DNA of 64,000 nucleotides from the human T2T-CHM13v2.0 reference genome, Homo sapiens: the NCBI RefSeq assembly GCF_009914755.1, contig NC_060931.1; one strand, given 5' to 3'. The notes below the pieces were generated by a model that worked only from the letters and a program-made list of their open reading frames with translations, ran no database searches and had not been told where the DNA came from. This document shows positions 1 through 15,536 of the stretch, one piece after another (the first letter of the stretch is position 1; each line of letters opens with the position of its first letter). The position numbers were made by a program, and so were the translations under genes.

Positions 1-901
1 GTTTTAGACTTCTTCTCAGCCTAAAGAGTATCCAACATTGACACATCGCCAAACTGAATTATTTTCCTAAAGAAACTTGAAGTCGCCATGGAGGAGGAGG
101 CAGCTGGAGACCACTCAACCACACTGCCGCGCGGCAGGGCGGAGGTGATTCCTACAGCGTGCATTATAGATTAAGGAGCTGGGCGTCTTGGGGAGTTGCT
201 AAACAAGGGTTAGCCAGGGAGAAGGTTTAGCTGCCTCTCATCTCTTACCCCTGTGCAGAGGTCAGGGGAATCTCCAGGCCAGGGGAATGCCTCTGTCCAG
301 GGGTAAGAGATGTGAGGCAGCTTACCTGTTTTCTGCTTGAAAAGGGAAAAAATTGCAAATAAAAAAAACCCTAACCCCAACCCCAACCCCAACCTGAACA
401 TGCCGTGAGCAACTTTCCAGAGAGGAGCTGCCTCTGCTCTCCCTTCTTATAGGGCAGCCCAGAGCAACCTTATAAGTAGGAGGAAAGAATGACCAGGTGG
501 CCATTCAGCAGCTGGATTAAATGACAGATGTTTACAGGAGAAATCTGAAAGAAACAGCTGTCCAAAGCCCTTCGTGCCGGGCAGGGAGCTATGGGTCTCT
601 CAGGAAGCTGAGGTGCAGTCCATGCTGCTAGGAACGAGGTCCCCAGCTCAGTCCCCTGAGGTGGCCCTGCCTTGTCAAGGCAGCTGTGAATCAGCTCCCC
701 GGGCCGACCTCCAGTAGCACCGTGTGCCACTGCCAAGTGCTCATGGGTGTGCTGGGAGCTGGCGTTGCTCACGGGGAGCAGGTGAAGCTGCTGCTGGAGC
801 CGTCTCTGGGCACTCGGGTCAGCCCTTTCTCCAAAGCGCACTGGCACGGGATGTGCAGCAGCCGCAATGGAGACTCACCTGGAAAACATCTATTACTACC
901 C

Positions 902-1320
902 TATAGGAGGCTGTTCTTGCCTTGCTACTAAGCAATACCTGAGGCTGGGCAATTTATGAAGAAAGGAGGTTTAATCGGCTCCCAGTTCTGCAGGCTGTGC
1001 AGGGAGTGTGGCGCCAGCATCTGCTCTGCTTCCCGGGGTGAGTCAGGAAGCTTACAGTCGTTGGGGGAGACAAAGGGGAAGCTGGCGGATCACATGGCAA
1101 AAGCAGGAGCAAGCAAGGAGGGGAAAGAGGCCACACGCTTTTTAAACAGCCAGATCCTGTGAGAACCCACTATGGAGAGGGCAGCCCCAAGGGGATGGTA
1201 CTAAACCATCCATAAGAAATACACCCCCAGGATCCAGTCACCTCCCACCAGCCCCATCTCCAGCATGGGGGGTTACAGTTCAACATGAGATTTAGAGGGA
1301 CAAATATCCAAATTATATCA
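902..1320 (-). mobile_element. MST (MSTB-like) MaLR solo LTR
   Basis: Resembles the antisense MST consensus (aatacctgaggctgggcaatttatgaagaaaggaggtttaatcggctc ... caaatatccaaattatatca); flanked by taccc/tgccc, a possible 5-bp TSD. Confidence 0.8.
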
Positions 1321-1785
1321 TGCCCCTAGTTCACGGAGCTGTGAGCAGGGCTGTGGGCTCAAAGGTAAGCTCAAGAATGGCCTCATGTTGAGAAAGAGAA
1401 TCCCCAGGTGCCGGGATCCCCCCCCACCACTCCACAGCCAGGTGAGAACAGGAAGGTGCCTCTGCCCCTTCCACAGCCCCTGGTGTACCTCTGTTGGATG
1501 TAGGGCCTCCCTGGAGAGCTGCTTTTTCAGAGGCCAAGCAGAGCAAGAAGGATTTGTGTCTGTGTTTTCCTTTCTGAAACATCGGGCATGTCAGCAGCAG
1601 CGGGTGCAGTGAAGCGGAGCTGCCTAAGAGACTTTGATGGGGCGATCGCCTGTGCGGGCCTAGGGAGGGCTCTCCTCCCAGGGCAGGGGCACTCACTTGC
1701 ACAGCCCAGAGCCACCCCACACTTGATCTCCAGCTTAAACTTAAAGCACATGCAGTCAACACAGTTGTTAGGTTTTGCAAAATAA

Positions 1786-2128
<343 letters not shown>

Positions 2129-2139
2129 TGTTCTGTACC

Positions 2140-2320
2140 TTCTTACTGAGTGACTGATGTGTGAAAAGCCGTGCATCTTTAATACATACAACTTGATGCA
2201 TCTGGGGATATGTGCACAACCATGAAACCCTCACCACCATCAAGGCCATAAACATATCCATCACCTCCCAGAGTTTCCTCCTGGTCCCTTTATTATTATT
2301 ATCACCAATGTTATTATTAC
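2140..2320 (-). mobile_element. Old L1 (L1MA/MB) 3'UTR fragment
   Basis: catgaaaccctcaccaccatcaagg...aacatatccatcacctcc motif, similar to the copy at ~46.1 kb. Confidence 0.65.
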
Positions 2321-2334
2321 TTTTTGTGGTAACA

Positions 2335-2690
2335 GCAGCCTTGAACAACATTGTGGTAGACCTCATGGATCTAACATATTTGCAGAACACTCCATCCAAC
2401 AGCAGCAGGAGACACATTCTTCACAAGTGCACATGGAACAGTCTCCAGGGCAGATCAAATGTTAGGCCACAAAACCAGTCTTAGTAAGTTTAAGATTAAA
2501 ATCATATCAAGTATCTTTTTTGACCACAATGGTATGAAACTAGAAATCAATACCAGGAGCAATTTTGGAAAAGTCACCAACATATGAAATGAAACGAAAC
2601 ACTTCTTCACAACCAATGGTTCAAACCACAACCGATGGGTCAAACAAGAAATCAAAAAGGAAATAAAAAATTATCTTCAGGCAAAGGAAG
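2335..2690 (+). mobile_element. Old L1 ORF2 endonuclease-region fragment
   Basis: acattcttcacaagtgcacatggaaca...gaccacaatggtatgaaactagaaatcaata resembles L1 EN coding sequence. Confidence 0.75.
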
Positions 2691-3309
2691 GTGTTATGTA
2701 GCTTTTTAATAGGACCTTCTGGGTGGTGTGAACCCCTCAGTTACACACCTAGATTTCTAAAAACTAATGGCATTGAGAGGGGAGAGAAGGCGCACAATTG
2801 ACTTCAGTGTGAAAGTGTTCTGGGGAGCAGAAAGGCAGAGAAACGAGTCATAATGTCAGGTTGTCCGAGGCCGGCAAGGCTTTATCTTCCAAGGGATCAC
2901 ACAGTGCTAAGAAAATGAGAAAAGGGAAGGAGTTTCTGAATGAGTCTGCTGACTTGCCGAAACCTGAGCTACGAACACTTGGGGTCAGGAATAATAACTC
3001 CTGTGCTGGGATATTGGGTTTTCCGTCTCTCCTAGCTTCAAGGATAAGGTAGTGGAGTTAAGTTAACCCGAGGTCTTAATTTTATTAAATGATCACTGCG
3101 GTGCAGTGGGTTGAATATGGGATTCAGAAATAGAAGGTTTGGCTTCATTTGGTCCACAAATAGTCATTGCTGTGTTCACAGATTGGCACACAGTGATGTA
3201 TAATAGCGGAGACAGACAGATTGCAAGCTCTGTGACAGCGATGACGAACGTGGGACGTGAAAAAGCATGGTGGGATGATCCCGGGCAGGAGATGCTATTT
3301 GCTTAGTCA

Positions 3310-3600
3310 TTTGTTTATTCATTCATTCAAATATCTATGCACTTACCAGGATGTGCAGGTACCATTTTGGGCATTGGAAACACAGCAGTGGGCAAAACAG
3401 ACAAAAAAAAAAAAGTGCCTTTATGGTGTCGATGATAAAAAATAAAACAGTAAATGAGATGGATTTTGCTTAGTTGTGTCATGGAGAATAACTACGCGGG
3501 AAAGGAGAGAGGGAGTATGGCAGAGATGGGAGGGTGGCATTTTAAATAGGGTGGTTAGGGGAGAAGGAAAGGGTGGCCAGGGGCACCTGACCTGTCACTG
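3310..3600 (-). mobile_element. L2 3' fragment
   Basis: attcattcattcaaatat tail followed by degenerate L2 3' sequence. Confidence 0.6.
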
Positions 3601-4427
3601 GGCAGGGAGGAGCTGAGGACGCCGGGGCTGTGACCTCGGCCTGCTCCTCTGACCTTGTGCAGCCTCCTTTCCTCCACACCTGCAGTGGTGGCCTTACCTC
3701 CTTCGCCAGCCCCAAGGGCGTGAGACAACCAGAGGCCTGGAGGATGAGCATGCGCTATTGGAATGCCAGTTATCACCAGAGCACGACTTTGACATTTGAT
3801 GGGAATAAATGAAAATGTTGAAAGGCTGTGACAGATACTGGAGGCTTTTCTGAATATTTGAGTAGAAGTAAAATAACAGAGCCCCGCGGAAAGTTCACAC
3901 CAGCAATCAGATAAGGCAAAAGTCAGCAACTAATACATAATTCCAAATTAAACTGTCCGCTTGAAGGGGGCCTAGGCAGGTTAGGCCCGGAGGCAGTGTT
4001 AGCCTTAGAGATGGGATTCTGTAAGAAAGGTTAAAGATGTCAACACAGCAAGCGTTACTGAGAGCTCATCCAGCTCTGTGCTGTGGAAGATTCAAACAAA
4101 GCAAGATCAGGTAAGAGTCTAGAATCTTAGGAGATAAATGTGACTCAATAGCTTTAGAGAAAAACAGAATAATTCAAGACTTCTGTCTGAACTCTAAGAT
4201 TGGGGCTTGGGGGATAATTCCCGAGCACACAAGGCTAGAGCTTGATGACTTACATAAGTCCACGTGTGATCACCCAAATACTTTTGGGGCGGATATTAAT
4301 CTTTGAGTCTGTATGGATATGAATTCAAATATAGATAAGGCCTGTCCAGCTCTTTCAACTATATTCGAAAGCTTGAATTCAGGAAATGAATATAAGCTGG
4401 GGGCAGAACACTAGGCAATGTAAAGTA

Positions 4428-4755
4428 CTGTTATCCCTCAGTGTTCATGGGGGATGGGTTCCAGGACCCCCATGGACCCCAGAATCCACAGATGCTCAAG
4501 TCCTTTCTAGAAAATGGGTGTAGTATTTGTGTGTAACTATGCACATTCTTCCATGTCCTTTAAATCATCTCTAGATTACATATAACACCCAATACAATGT
4601 AAATGCTATGGACAGAATTGTTATGCTGTATTGTTTAGGTAATAATGACTAGAAAAAATGTCTGTATGTGTTAGCACAGATGCAACCATCCATTTTTCCC
4701 CCGGTATTTTTAATCCTTGGTTGGTTGAATCTGTGAATATGGAGCCCACTGATAA
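4428..4755 (+). mobile_element. MER2 (TcMar-Tigger MITE)
   Basis: ggttccaggacccc...ccacagatgctcaagtcc...tttaaatcatctctagattac...ggttgaatctgtg follows the MER2 consensus. Confidence 0.85.
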
Positions 4756-6149
4756 TAACATAAAAAACAAGATTCTTATTCATGATTTCATAATTTTTAG
4801 GACCAGCTTATTAACGTTCAATCTTAGGTTCCTGAATTTTGGCAGTCTGCCAATTGGGTGATTCACACTGGCCGGTGGATGGGATTTACACTCTGCACTG
4901 GGGGCTGCAGAGGACCTAGAGGAGAAGGGAGGAAAAGGACCAGCCATGGGGGAGATTTTGGGGGTCTGCGCATAGAGGGTCAGTGCAGGTTTGGAGGAGA
5001 AGGGGGGGTGAGGGTCTTGGGGTGAGTGGTAGGAAGGCCAATGAGTCAGGTGCACAGGCTGCACGCTGTTCTGTCCCCCTAGCCCTCCAGGCTCGGCACT
5101 GTGGACGCTGTGCTCCCTGAACATGCAGTTCAGAACATGACTTCTCCAGTTTGATAAAGAATCAATCATTGGTCCAGACCCAGCCACCTTCAGCCATCAC
5201 CAAGAGGCAGGGCAGTTGAGGAAATGGGGTGGGGTGGAGGGGAGGGAGAGGTGGGCACAACAGCACTAGCTGCTTTCAAAACTCATGTAAGGCCCCTCGT
5301 GGTCCTCAAAGCCACTGTGTCACGCTGAGGGAGAGCAGGTGGGGAAGTGGAGGCGGGAGAAGGGCAGGACCGTCCTGAGTGGCAGGGCTGCCCGAGGTCA
5401 TCAAGTGCATCTGCAGCAGCCAGTTTGCTAAGCTTTGCTAAGCGCTCTGCCACGTGCTGCCAGTATAGACGCAGAGAACTCATCCGGGAGGAGACACCAG
5501 GCCTGCGAGAGAGCGATCCACTAAGATCATGCAGGTGTTGCCCAGTACTGCCCCGGGAGCTGTGTGGCTCTGAATTGATGGGTGTTGTTGGAAGGAAGCC
5601 TATGTGGGAAAAAGTCACGAGGGTGGGTAGGGGGCTTAGGCTGAGCAGGGAGGGGGTGGGACATACACAGACAAAAGGAAGGGGTGACTTAGAGCCTCCT
5701 GGATGAGGACAGGTGAGGAGGCCCACCGTCCAGAGGGAACAGGTGGCAGGCAGGACTGCAGCCAGATTCTATAAGACATGGTCATACAGAGCCCCGGCTT
5801 TGGTTTCTGATCTGCAGACAAAGGGGAACCACGTGAGATATTGAGCCTTTACATGGCGCAGGTAAGTGATTCCAGGAAAATCCCCCTGAGAGCAGATTGA
5901 AGGGTATTTCAAAGAAAAGAGAAGATAAGGGGAACCAGATAGGAGGCCATGCAGCAGCCCCGAGTGACGTAAGTCAAGCCAGGAAGGGGAAGTGCTGAGT
6001 GATGGTGCACAGGTGCCTCTGAAGGACTTGGTGGCCCTTTGTCCAATCCTGAGAGTAAAGGAGGTGGAGCAGAGAGCCCTCTGGGGTTTCAAGGCTAGGA
6101 GAAAGGCTGTCCATTAAATGAAATGGGATCTTTAAAAAGTCTGGATCTT

Positions 6150-6939
<790 letters not shown>

Positions 6940-7359
6940 GTTTGTGATTACTTGATTGATATTATTAACGGCTTATCTTGACTTGCTATTCATGTTCACA
7001 AAATTAGATAACTTGGATTGTCACTGTTTCCTCCTTCTAATTTCAAATGACAATTCTGCAAAATCTGTTAGTTTTCCTGGAGAGGTCAGGAAACTGCCAC
7101 CCTCTGAGGAGATTTCACCAACAGAACTATTTTGATTGGATTGGAATAGGGTTTTGTTTAACTGAGTAATATAGGAATGCTTTATTTAGGAAGGCATGCA
7201 CACACAGTTGGCCAAAATCCTGCCATTCTTATGAAAGGACACCAGCCTGTTCATTCGTTACCTGTCAAGGGCATTTGGCTCCAAATCCTGGTCTAATAAT
7301 GTATTCGTACAGCTGTGGAAGATTCCCCTCTGTAATCATTTGATCTCTGCCTCAGCACC

Positions 7360-7930
7360 CATAGTGGACATTGTTGGCTGGTCCCCAGCAGTAACTTTCC
7401 CTTTTCCATTCCTAAAAGAAACTCAGGTTTTGTTCAGGTGTTTTCACCTCTTCCTCTCACAGTCCATGTGCAGCAGGGAACCATGGTCCCCACGCTAGAT
7501 ATGGGCCCTTTTTAATCTATGCCTGATTGTGCTTCTCCTCTTTGCCCATGATTGGTTGAGGAAAGGACATGTGATCTAATTCTGGCCAATGGGGCATGAG
7601 GAAGGGTTTCTAGAGCCTTCTGGAAAAGGAAGTCCCTCACTTGTCTTGGAAAAGCTGCTGGAAGCCACCGAAGTCTCTCTTTATAGCTATTCTGAAGAAG
7701 CGCTGAGCACACATGTGTCTGTGGGGGAACCAGCCTCCCCTTTATAAACAGGGGAGAAACAGAGAACCAGTATTTTTGATACCATCATTGAGCTGCTGAA
7801 TTAACCAGTTTGGACATCTGCCCTACCTGTAGACATCCAATTACAGGGCCAAATAATTTTCTTATTGTTCCTTTCATTTTAATTCAGTTTGAGTTCACTC
7901 ATTCTATTTACAGTCAAAAGTATACTAATG
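7360..7930 (+). mobile_element. Old ERVL LTR (LTR33/LTR16-type)
   Basis: gattggttgagg...acatgtgatctaattctggccaatg motif and an LTR-like 3' end. Confidence 0.5.
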
Positions 7931-9989
7931 TCCATCACGCCTTTTCAAGAAATCAGTAGTTTCTTGTGCTCCATACCTAAAATACTCCAAAACACTTTTT
8001 TTCCTTGTCATATGAAAGGTACAGAAGAATAAATGATAGTTTGTATATTTTCATTCACTTCCCGAAACATGGCACAGAATTAGACATAATGTAAATGACC
8101 AGCCACAGGGAGGCACAAGAGCTCTCTGTTACAACATGTCCTTTCTAGGAACAACAGGAAAAGAAAATTAAAATCCCTCTGGCTTGGGGAAAAAAGGAGG
8201 AATCATTATATTTTTAATGGTGTCATTGAAGGTCTTCCAAAATACTAGATGAAACTATTAACAACCTGACTTTTACATTTCCACCAGTAGTTTCTGAAGC
8301 AATATTAAAACCTCTAAATTAAAACTAGGAGTGATGAAGAGATAGAGACAGAGATAGATTTAATAATCCGTGCAACTGAAATTAGGGCGTTTGCAAACCC
8401 TAAAATGTTGGGAATGTCTAACAATGATTTGAAAATTAGATAGTGGCCTGGTTGATTTCATAAAGTCCTTTGCCTTCCTATAGCCTTCCCAACTGAATAT
8501 ATTAATTTATAGAATAAAAAGCAGATTTGGAAGCTCTCAAAGCTGCACACGGTCATTCTTTCTAGTGCAAAGACTCTTCCTCCAGTGGATAATCTGAGTC
8601 AACGTGGTGGTAGGCACAAGTCTTTGTGAAGATAAAATTAGATTTTCCTGTGACCGCTCCTAAAAATGGCAGATCATATTGTTTCATTTTCTTCGTCACA
8701 GAGTCCAAGAGTAGATAGCTGCAATCCTGAAAAACGCAAGCAGCATTTTTAACATTTTAGATATTCCTGAAACAGCAGGTGCAGATGTGAGCGAGCAGGC
8801 GCTGAGCAAGGCAGGAGATGACTCAAGACTGCCGCGTGGTTCTTTCTGCAATTTGCTGCCGTTGCAGGCTCTGACTCTCTGCTACCCTGGGCAGAAGCAT
8901 GCGATGAATCGATCTCAGTGGTAATTTCAGCCACAGAGCTGGGTGCGCAAGTGACAGAATTGTGCAGGTGGACAGGCCCACTGCGAATACAGAAAGGAGA
9001 ACCAGCAAGAGCCTGTTTGACTCGGGAAAGACAGCGTCCTGAGGCTTGCACAGCCTGTGGGACTGGGGAAATCTCTCCACTCTCAGGACAGACCAACCCC
9101 CACCAGGTCCTGCATGCCGAAAGATGCAGACCCCCCTTGGCCTTTGGGCTACGAGGGCAAGTAAAACCACACGCGAATGCTACAGCCCCCATGGTCCGTT
9201 ACCTGTGCCCCAAGAGCTTCTCTCCCCTCACTAACTCTTACTCCAGACTTAGAGCAGGGTCTAAAATGGAAATTTTTCCATGGATGCTGACTTTTGTCAA
9301 AAGCATATTTGAAAGGAACTTCACGTTTGGGTTTCCTTTAATCTCTCATTGTATACAATACAAAGAATGGCTGTGTTCAATTCTGTTAGTGTTTATTTCC
9401 AGTTCCATGGCAGAAACCGTTAACATTTGGAATTACTGCTTAATCATAAATCCCTGAAGAAGGCTTTAATCCAAAATTCAATCAAAGCAAGAAAGCTCCC
9501 TGTACATATGGCCTTTCTGCCAATCTTTTCTTCTGTATACATTACTCGGGAAATGCAATGTGAAGGAGAGATGCAGCATCGATTAGAAATGAAGCAGGTG
9601 ATCTGGGATGATGTGCACTTGAAGCCATTCATCTCTCCGATTCAAGAAAGGATTTTACATTAGAAGCAAAGATGCGAAGAGTGAACAAAATGTTAGAATA
9701 CATGTGTCGGAAGATGTGATTAAAGTTACATCCTTGTTTAACCAATATATTAGATTTAATCAATCCCTTAATTCCCCAATATTGTAAACATTACTATATT
9801 CAGAAATAATTAAGCTCTACAAAGGACAAAAATATTTAATATTTTTGAAGACTACCAAAAAAACAAAATAAAAGCAGAGGTGCCACAGGAATTTGGCAAA
9901 GACAATTACATCTCAGGTGCAGGCGAGAATAGGTCATTCTTCTGTTGCCCTCAATATATGTCTCTGAAAGATGGAAACCTGCGTTTAGC

Positions 9990-10284
<295 letters not shown>

Positions 10285-10748
10285 TGTATTTAGCTTTTAA
10301 TAGTAAATACACATTATTTGACTTTACAGTACATGAAACAAAAACAAGACATTTAGGAAGAAGAGGAAAAAGTTGGGGTTAAGGTTTTTTTTTTTTTTTT
10401 TTTTTAGGGTAATCAGGTCCTAGAGACAGAGGGAAATTTGAGATGGATACAGAGGAGTACACCCAGGAAATGAGCTTCTCATTGCTTCCATTACATCAGG
10501 GCCAAGGCACCTGGATATAGAGTGGGCTTTTGGATTCTCACAGCTGTTTTTTTCTGGTCAGTGGGAGAGTAGACCCACTTCCTATCAGCCTCCAGTCAAT
10601 ACTCTACCCAATGTCATTCTTCTTTGGTCTGGCCAATGCCTGTGCTGTTCATGAGACTTTGCTCAGAGTCCTAGATTCCAAATACATCATGGTACCCTTT
10701 GGTCTGGAATGCTACTTCCAAATAGATTTCATTAGAGGAAAAATTTTA

Positions 10749-11096
<348 letters not shown>

Positions 11097-12029
11097 TTAA
11101 TTCCTCAAGACCTAGTTTTTGAAGTAGGAGATACAGTATTCCCTAACCCACTCTACACACACACAGTCTGCTAAAAGACCTGCCAGTGGTCACCCAATTA
11201 ATGCAGCATGGCAGATAGAAGACCTCTCTCATCACTCTCAAACGCCCTTACATCCGACTTTTATTAATGGTTCTCCTAACCTATATGCATGATCCTTCTG
11301 CCTAAAATGTCACAAGCACCACTTTCTCCAATGCAGCCCCTTCCAGATCCCATCAGATAAACTACAGAACCTTCCTTGGTCCCCAGTGGTCCCTTCGTAA
11401 GCATCCATCATAGCGTGGCTATGTGTTAACTGCTCTCGTTTGTGTGTCTGAATCCTTCTCCTGGATACTAAACCTCTCTAGCACAGATGCTGTTTATTTT
11501 CATCACACTGTCCCTGGGGTGCTGTCCAGAGTCAGGCACATAAGCAGTTCTTCACTGTGCTCTGATGCTTGAAGGTTGCCTTGTAGGGTTACATCTTCCT
11601 CAGCATGAATGGGGAGCAGTGACACAGGTGCCTCCAGCCCTCTGGTGTCCTAGAGAAATCCCAGATAATGAAAATCGGCAGCAAATCTCTTCTTTTGATA
11701 CTGATTGTACCTAAAAGATCTCCCTCCTAACCTAAAAGATCTCCTTATAGTTTTTCATAAATGACACATGCCTTAGGACTAAACATGTAAAAAACTTTAA
11801 AAGAATCCTAAAAATGGCTTTTCCCCTTGTATTTTTCTGAACACCTAAATCTTTAAGCCACTGGTGAGGTGGAGCACACTGGTGTCTGTGCTGGCAGTGG
11901 GGCAGTGGGCTACAGTAGCACAGAGCATGGTGTCAGAATCCTAGCAGGGTGGGGGATCCTGGTGAGGGGCCTGGCATGGGGTGTTGGAGCTTGAGGGGGT
12001 GAGGAGGGTGTCTATCCAGAGGAGGGAGT

Positions 12030-13810
12030 ACAGGCTGATGTGGGAGACTGATTGCATTCAAGGGGACTGATCAGTGAAGTAAACACATTAAAGATATGAG
12101 AAGCCAGATTTCTTACTGGAGAAGGGGGTTGCCAAAATGGAGCTACAGATATGGAAATGTGTATTAGTCTGTTTTCATGCTTCTGCTAAAGACATATCCA
12201 AGACTGGGTGAATTACAAAGAAAAAGAGGTTTAATGCGCTCACAGTTCTACGTTGCTGGGGAGGCCTCACAGTCACGGCAGAAGGAGAAAGGCACATCTT
12301 ACATGGTGGCAGGCAAGAGAGAAAATGAGAGCCAAGCAAAAGGGGAAACCCTGGAAAAAATCATCAGATCTCATGAGACTTATTCACTCCCACAACAGTG
12401 TGGGAGAACCATCAGCATGATTCAGTTATCTCCCACTGGCTCCCTTCCACAAGTGGGAATTATCAGAGCTACAGCTGAAGATGAGATTTGGGTGGTGACA
12501 CAGCCAAACCATATCAGAAGGGAAATAGCTGGGATGAATATTGCAATGTTGGATTGACATTGGAGGTATTTGTGCAAACAAATAATTTGTATGTATGAAA
12601 TGATTTTATATAAAGAATATATAACCTATCCATATGTATGAAAATATGGACATACGAATAGTTAAAGGAATAAATACAGATGTAAACGTGTATGTTGTAC
12701 GCATAGACACACAGATATTCCCTAGTTCTGTCCACTGAGAGGAACTGGGAGCAGTGACACTCCTGCTGCAATGAGCACTCCAAATGCCCAAATTTGGCTT
12801 CTAAATATTATTCTCCACAACAACGAGCTACGGCTTTTTGGAGAAATGGCTGATACCAGGACTGGAGAAGAGAAAGTAAAGGTGAGAATGGACCCTCCTG
12901 TTTGGCCAGCAAACAAGAAAGTGCTCAAAGAATGATGGGGATAAGCCAAAGGGACACAGAAGCCATGTAGAGGACCTCCCACTGCCCACATCAGAGGGGA
13001 TCTGAAGGTCAAATAGGTAATGATAGTGACAGATGTTAAACCATTGAGTAAAATAGAAAGCCAGGAGTTCATACCAATATAAATAGACAAATAAATAGAT
13101 TGAAAATGTGATGAGGCATGGATATTTACACAGTTTCAGAGTATCTCCCCACAAAATATTTATTAATTACAAAAAAAGGAAAGAATAACTTTACATGAAG
13201 AAGCCTGGAAGATACCATCCTGTCCACATGGTCAGAGTGAAATCTCCAGCAATGGAAGAAATCCAAGTCACGCGGCACCTGAGGGATGCAATGAGGAGAG
13301 CACAGGGTCATGTCTGAGCTGCTGCGGCCACAGATGTGTCACCAGGATGTAACCACAAGAAAATGCCAGGCAAATCCAAACTGAGGGCCATTCTACCAAA
13401 TAATTAGCCTGCAATCTTCAAAAGGATCCCGTTCATGAAAGTCAAGGAAAGACCTGAAAATTGTTTTAATTAAGCATACATAAAGATCAATGATAACGAA
13501 ATATAACGTGTGATGTTTGAACATTTACATTACTCTTGTTGTAAAAAATGTATCAAGGCAGCTGGCAAAACTTGAGGGGAGTCAAAGAATTAGATGTTGG
13601 TGACGTATCACTGCAAGTTTCCTGATTTTGATGGTTGAATTATGGTTATGTAAGAGACCATCCTAGGTTGTAGAAAATACCCACTAAACCATTAGGATGG
13701 CAACATACTCTCAAATGGCTCAGAGAAGAAAAGAGGTTTTTTCTTGGTACTGTGTTGCAGTACAAAAAGTTTGTATGGCAAACTTTCTGTAAGGTTTAGG
13801 TGGTTTAAAA
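12030..13810 (+). mobile_element. L1MC/L1MD 3' region, interrupted by THE1
   Basis: tagttctgtccactgagagg...gcaatgagcac...ggagaaatggctgataccagg motifs typical of L1MC/MD 3' ends. Confidence 0.65.
12160..12516 (-). mobile_element. THE1 (B/C-like) MaLR solo LTR
   Basis: tgtattagtctgttttcatgct ... cacagccaaaccatatca termini. Confidence 0.9.
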
Positions 13811-14104
13811 AATCAAGAAGGAGAATTTAAGTCTATGAAATGCTTTTACATTTATTATGTCTTGAAATTTTTGCAACAACTCTTTTGACAAAAAACAAAA
13901 TGCTATCATTATTGTTTCAGACATCAGAAAAGAGGGTTCATGAAGTCAGTTAAGTGGCACATTCAAGGCAAAATCAGATCCTCAACCTGGGTCTCATAAC
14001 CCCACATCCATTCCTTCTAACTGCATATTCTTTACTCTCGGTCCAAGGGATGCTCCCAAGGACCAGGCTAGGACAAGACACGTTAGGGTAATCACTCTGT
14101 GGGG

Positions 14105-14310
14105 TAATGGCTCTCAAACTTTTCTATGTTTGTAAGTCATGCAGGGAAGCTGTTTAAAATGCCTATTTGTAGTTATCACCCTTAAAGATTCTGATTCAGT
14201 AGTTTTGGAGTAAGAACCAGAAAATGTTTTTTTTTTTTTTTTCTTTTCTAACAAGCATTCCAAATGATTCTGACATAGGTCATCCCTGGGCCAGACTTTG
14301 AGGAACACTG
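14105..14310. mobile_element. MER5 (hAT-Charlie MITE)
   Basis: tctcaaactt...agattctgattcagtag...taacaagc...actttgaggaacactg. Confidence 0.7.
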
Positions 14311-15207
14311 AACTTGATTAATGGTCTTCAGTGGCTACTGAAATAAATTTAAATCAAATGCTGTGCCTGAGGTGTCATGATGGAGCCACATGTATTCAGA
14401 GCTAGGAGGTGAGGTGCACCTTCCGACTAACTGCAATACAGTCTTCACTTCATTTTAAACACACGAGAATTAGCAACATATAATGAAGTCATAGCACGCA
14501 GGCATTCTAAGACTTTAGGCGGGCTTGTCTTGCATCCTAGACAAGAGAGTTCTGCAGGAGACAGAAGAGTTAGGAGCTTAGAATCAGAGAAGTCCCTGTG
14601 AAAACCACCTTAGAAGTATTTCTTTACCTTGGAAAATCCATGTTGTTTATCCTCTTTGGAAGTGAGAACAATGATTATTCAGAGCTTTTTATCCTTCTGC
14701 TCAATGCCGGCTAAAGTATTCCCCCTTTAAGTCTTTGCATGCAGTAGAAGGTGGTCTTCAAAGGAAGCATCGTCTGCTGAAGACACTTCCAGGAAGAAGG
14801 AAGATTGTTTTTACCAAGGAAAATCAGCTTGAAATGTTTTAAAAATATGCAGAATGTCTGGGAGTTCTTCCAATACGCTTATGTTTAAGGTAAGCACAGC
14901 ATGAATAAAATTACACTTCAGGAAAAGAAAAAAACTCCAAAAGTTTCTAAAGTATTTAGTGGAGGAAACACTTTCTTACTGAGAGAGAGAGAGGGGAAGG
15001 GAGGATGACGTTTGATGGAGGAGAAGCGGCAGCACCTTTGCCCTTACCCTCTTAATAGTTTGAGAACATGACGGTTTTCTGGTTTGGCGATGGTCCCAGG
15101 TTGAGCCTCATCTGTACTCATTGCTGGGAGTTGAACATGACCATGCATGTCTGCAGAACTGTTCTATAGGTTGGGCTATCAGGAGCCTATCTGCACAGTG
15201 CAGAGAG

Positions 15208-15536
15208 GAGAGTACTTTGCAACCATAAAAAAGGATGAGTTCATGTCCTTTGCAGGGACAAGGATGAAGCTGGAAACCATCATTCTCAGCAAACTAACAC
15301 AGGAACAGAAAACCAAACACCGCATGTTCTCACTCATAAGTGGGAGCTGTACAATGAGAAGACATGGACACAGGGAGGGGATGATCACACCCTGGGGCCT
15401 GTCAGGGGGTGGGCGGCTAGGGGAAGGATAGCATTAGGAGAAATACTTAATGTAGATGACAGGTTGATGGGTGCAGCAAACCACCATGGCACATGTATAC
15501 CTATGTAACAAACCTGCATGTTCTGCACATGTATCC
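15208..15536 (+). mobile_element. L1PA (PA7-like) 3' fragment without poly-A
   Basis: Encodes the ORF2 C-terminus ([40 protein letters not shown]) plus 3'UTR, and stops at catgtatcc. Confidence 0.9.

Noticed and set aside
84-175. Good Kozak start (gtcgccatgg) followed by MEEEAAGD...
   Set aside because: Stops after ~28 codons; no recognisable homology or supported splice structure.
367-394. Telomere-like aaccctaaccccaaccccaaccccaacc
   Set aside because: Only one true CCCTAA; too short to call an interstitial telomere.
8749-9457. 147-179 aa ORFs in unique DNA (likewise 470-847, 5283-5726, 28233-28745)
   Set aside because: No recognisable domains, overlapping ORFs on both strands and non-ATG starts; consistent with chance in GC-richer DNA.
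11710-11745. Small direct duplications (also at 2608-2646 and 22113-22152)
   Set aside because: Ordinary slippage-scale duplications.
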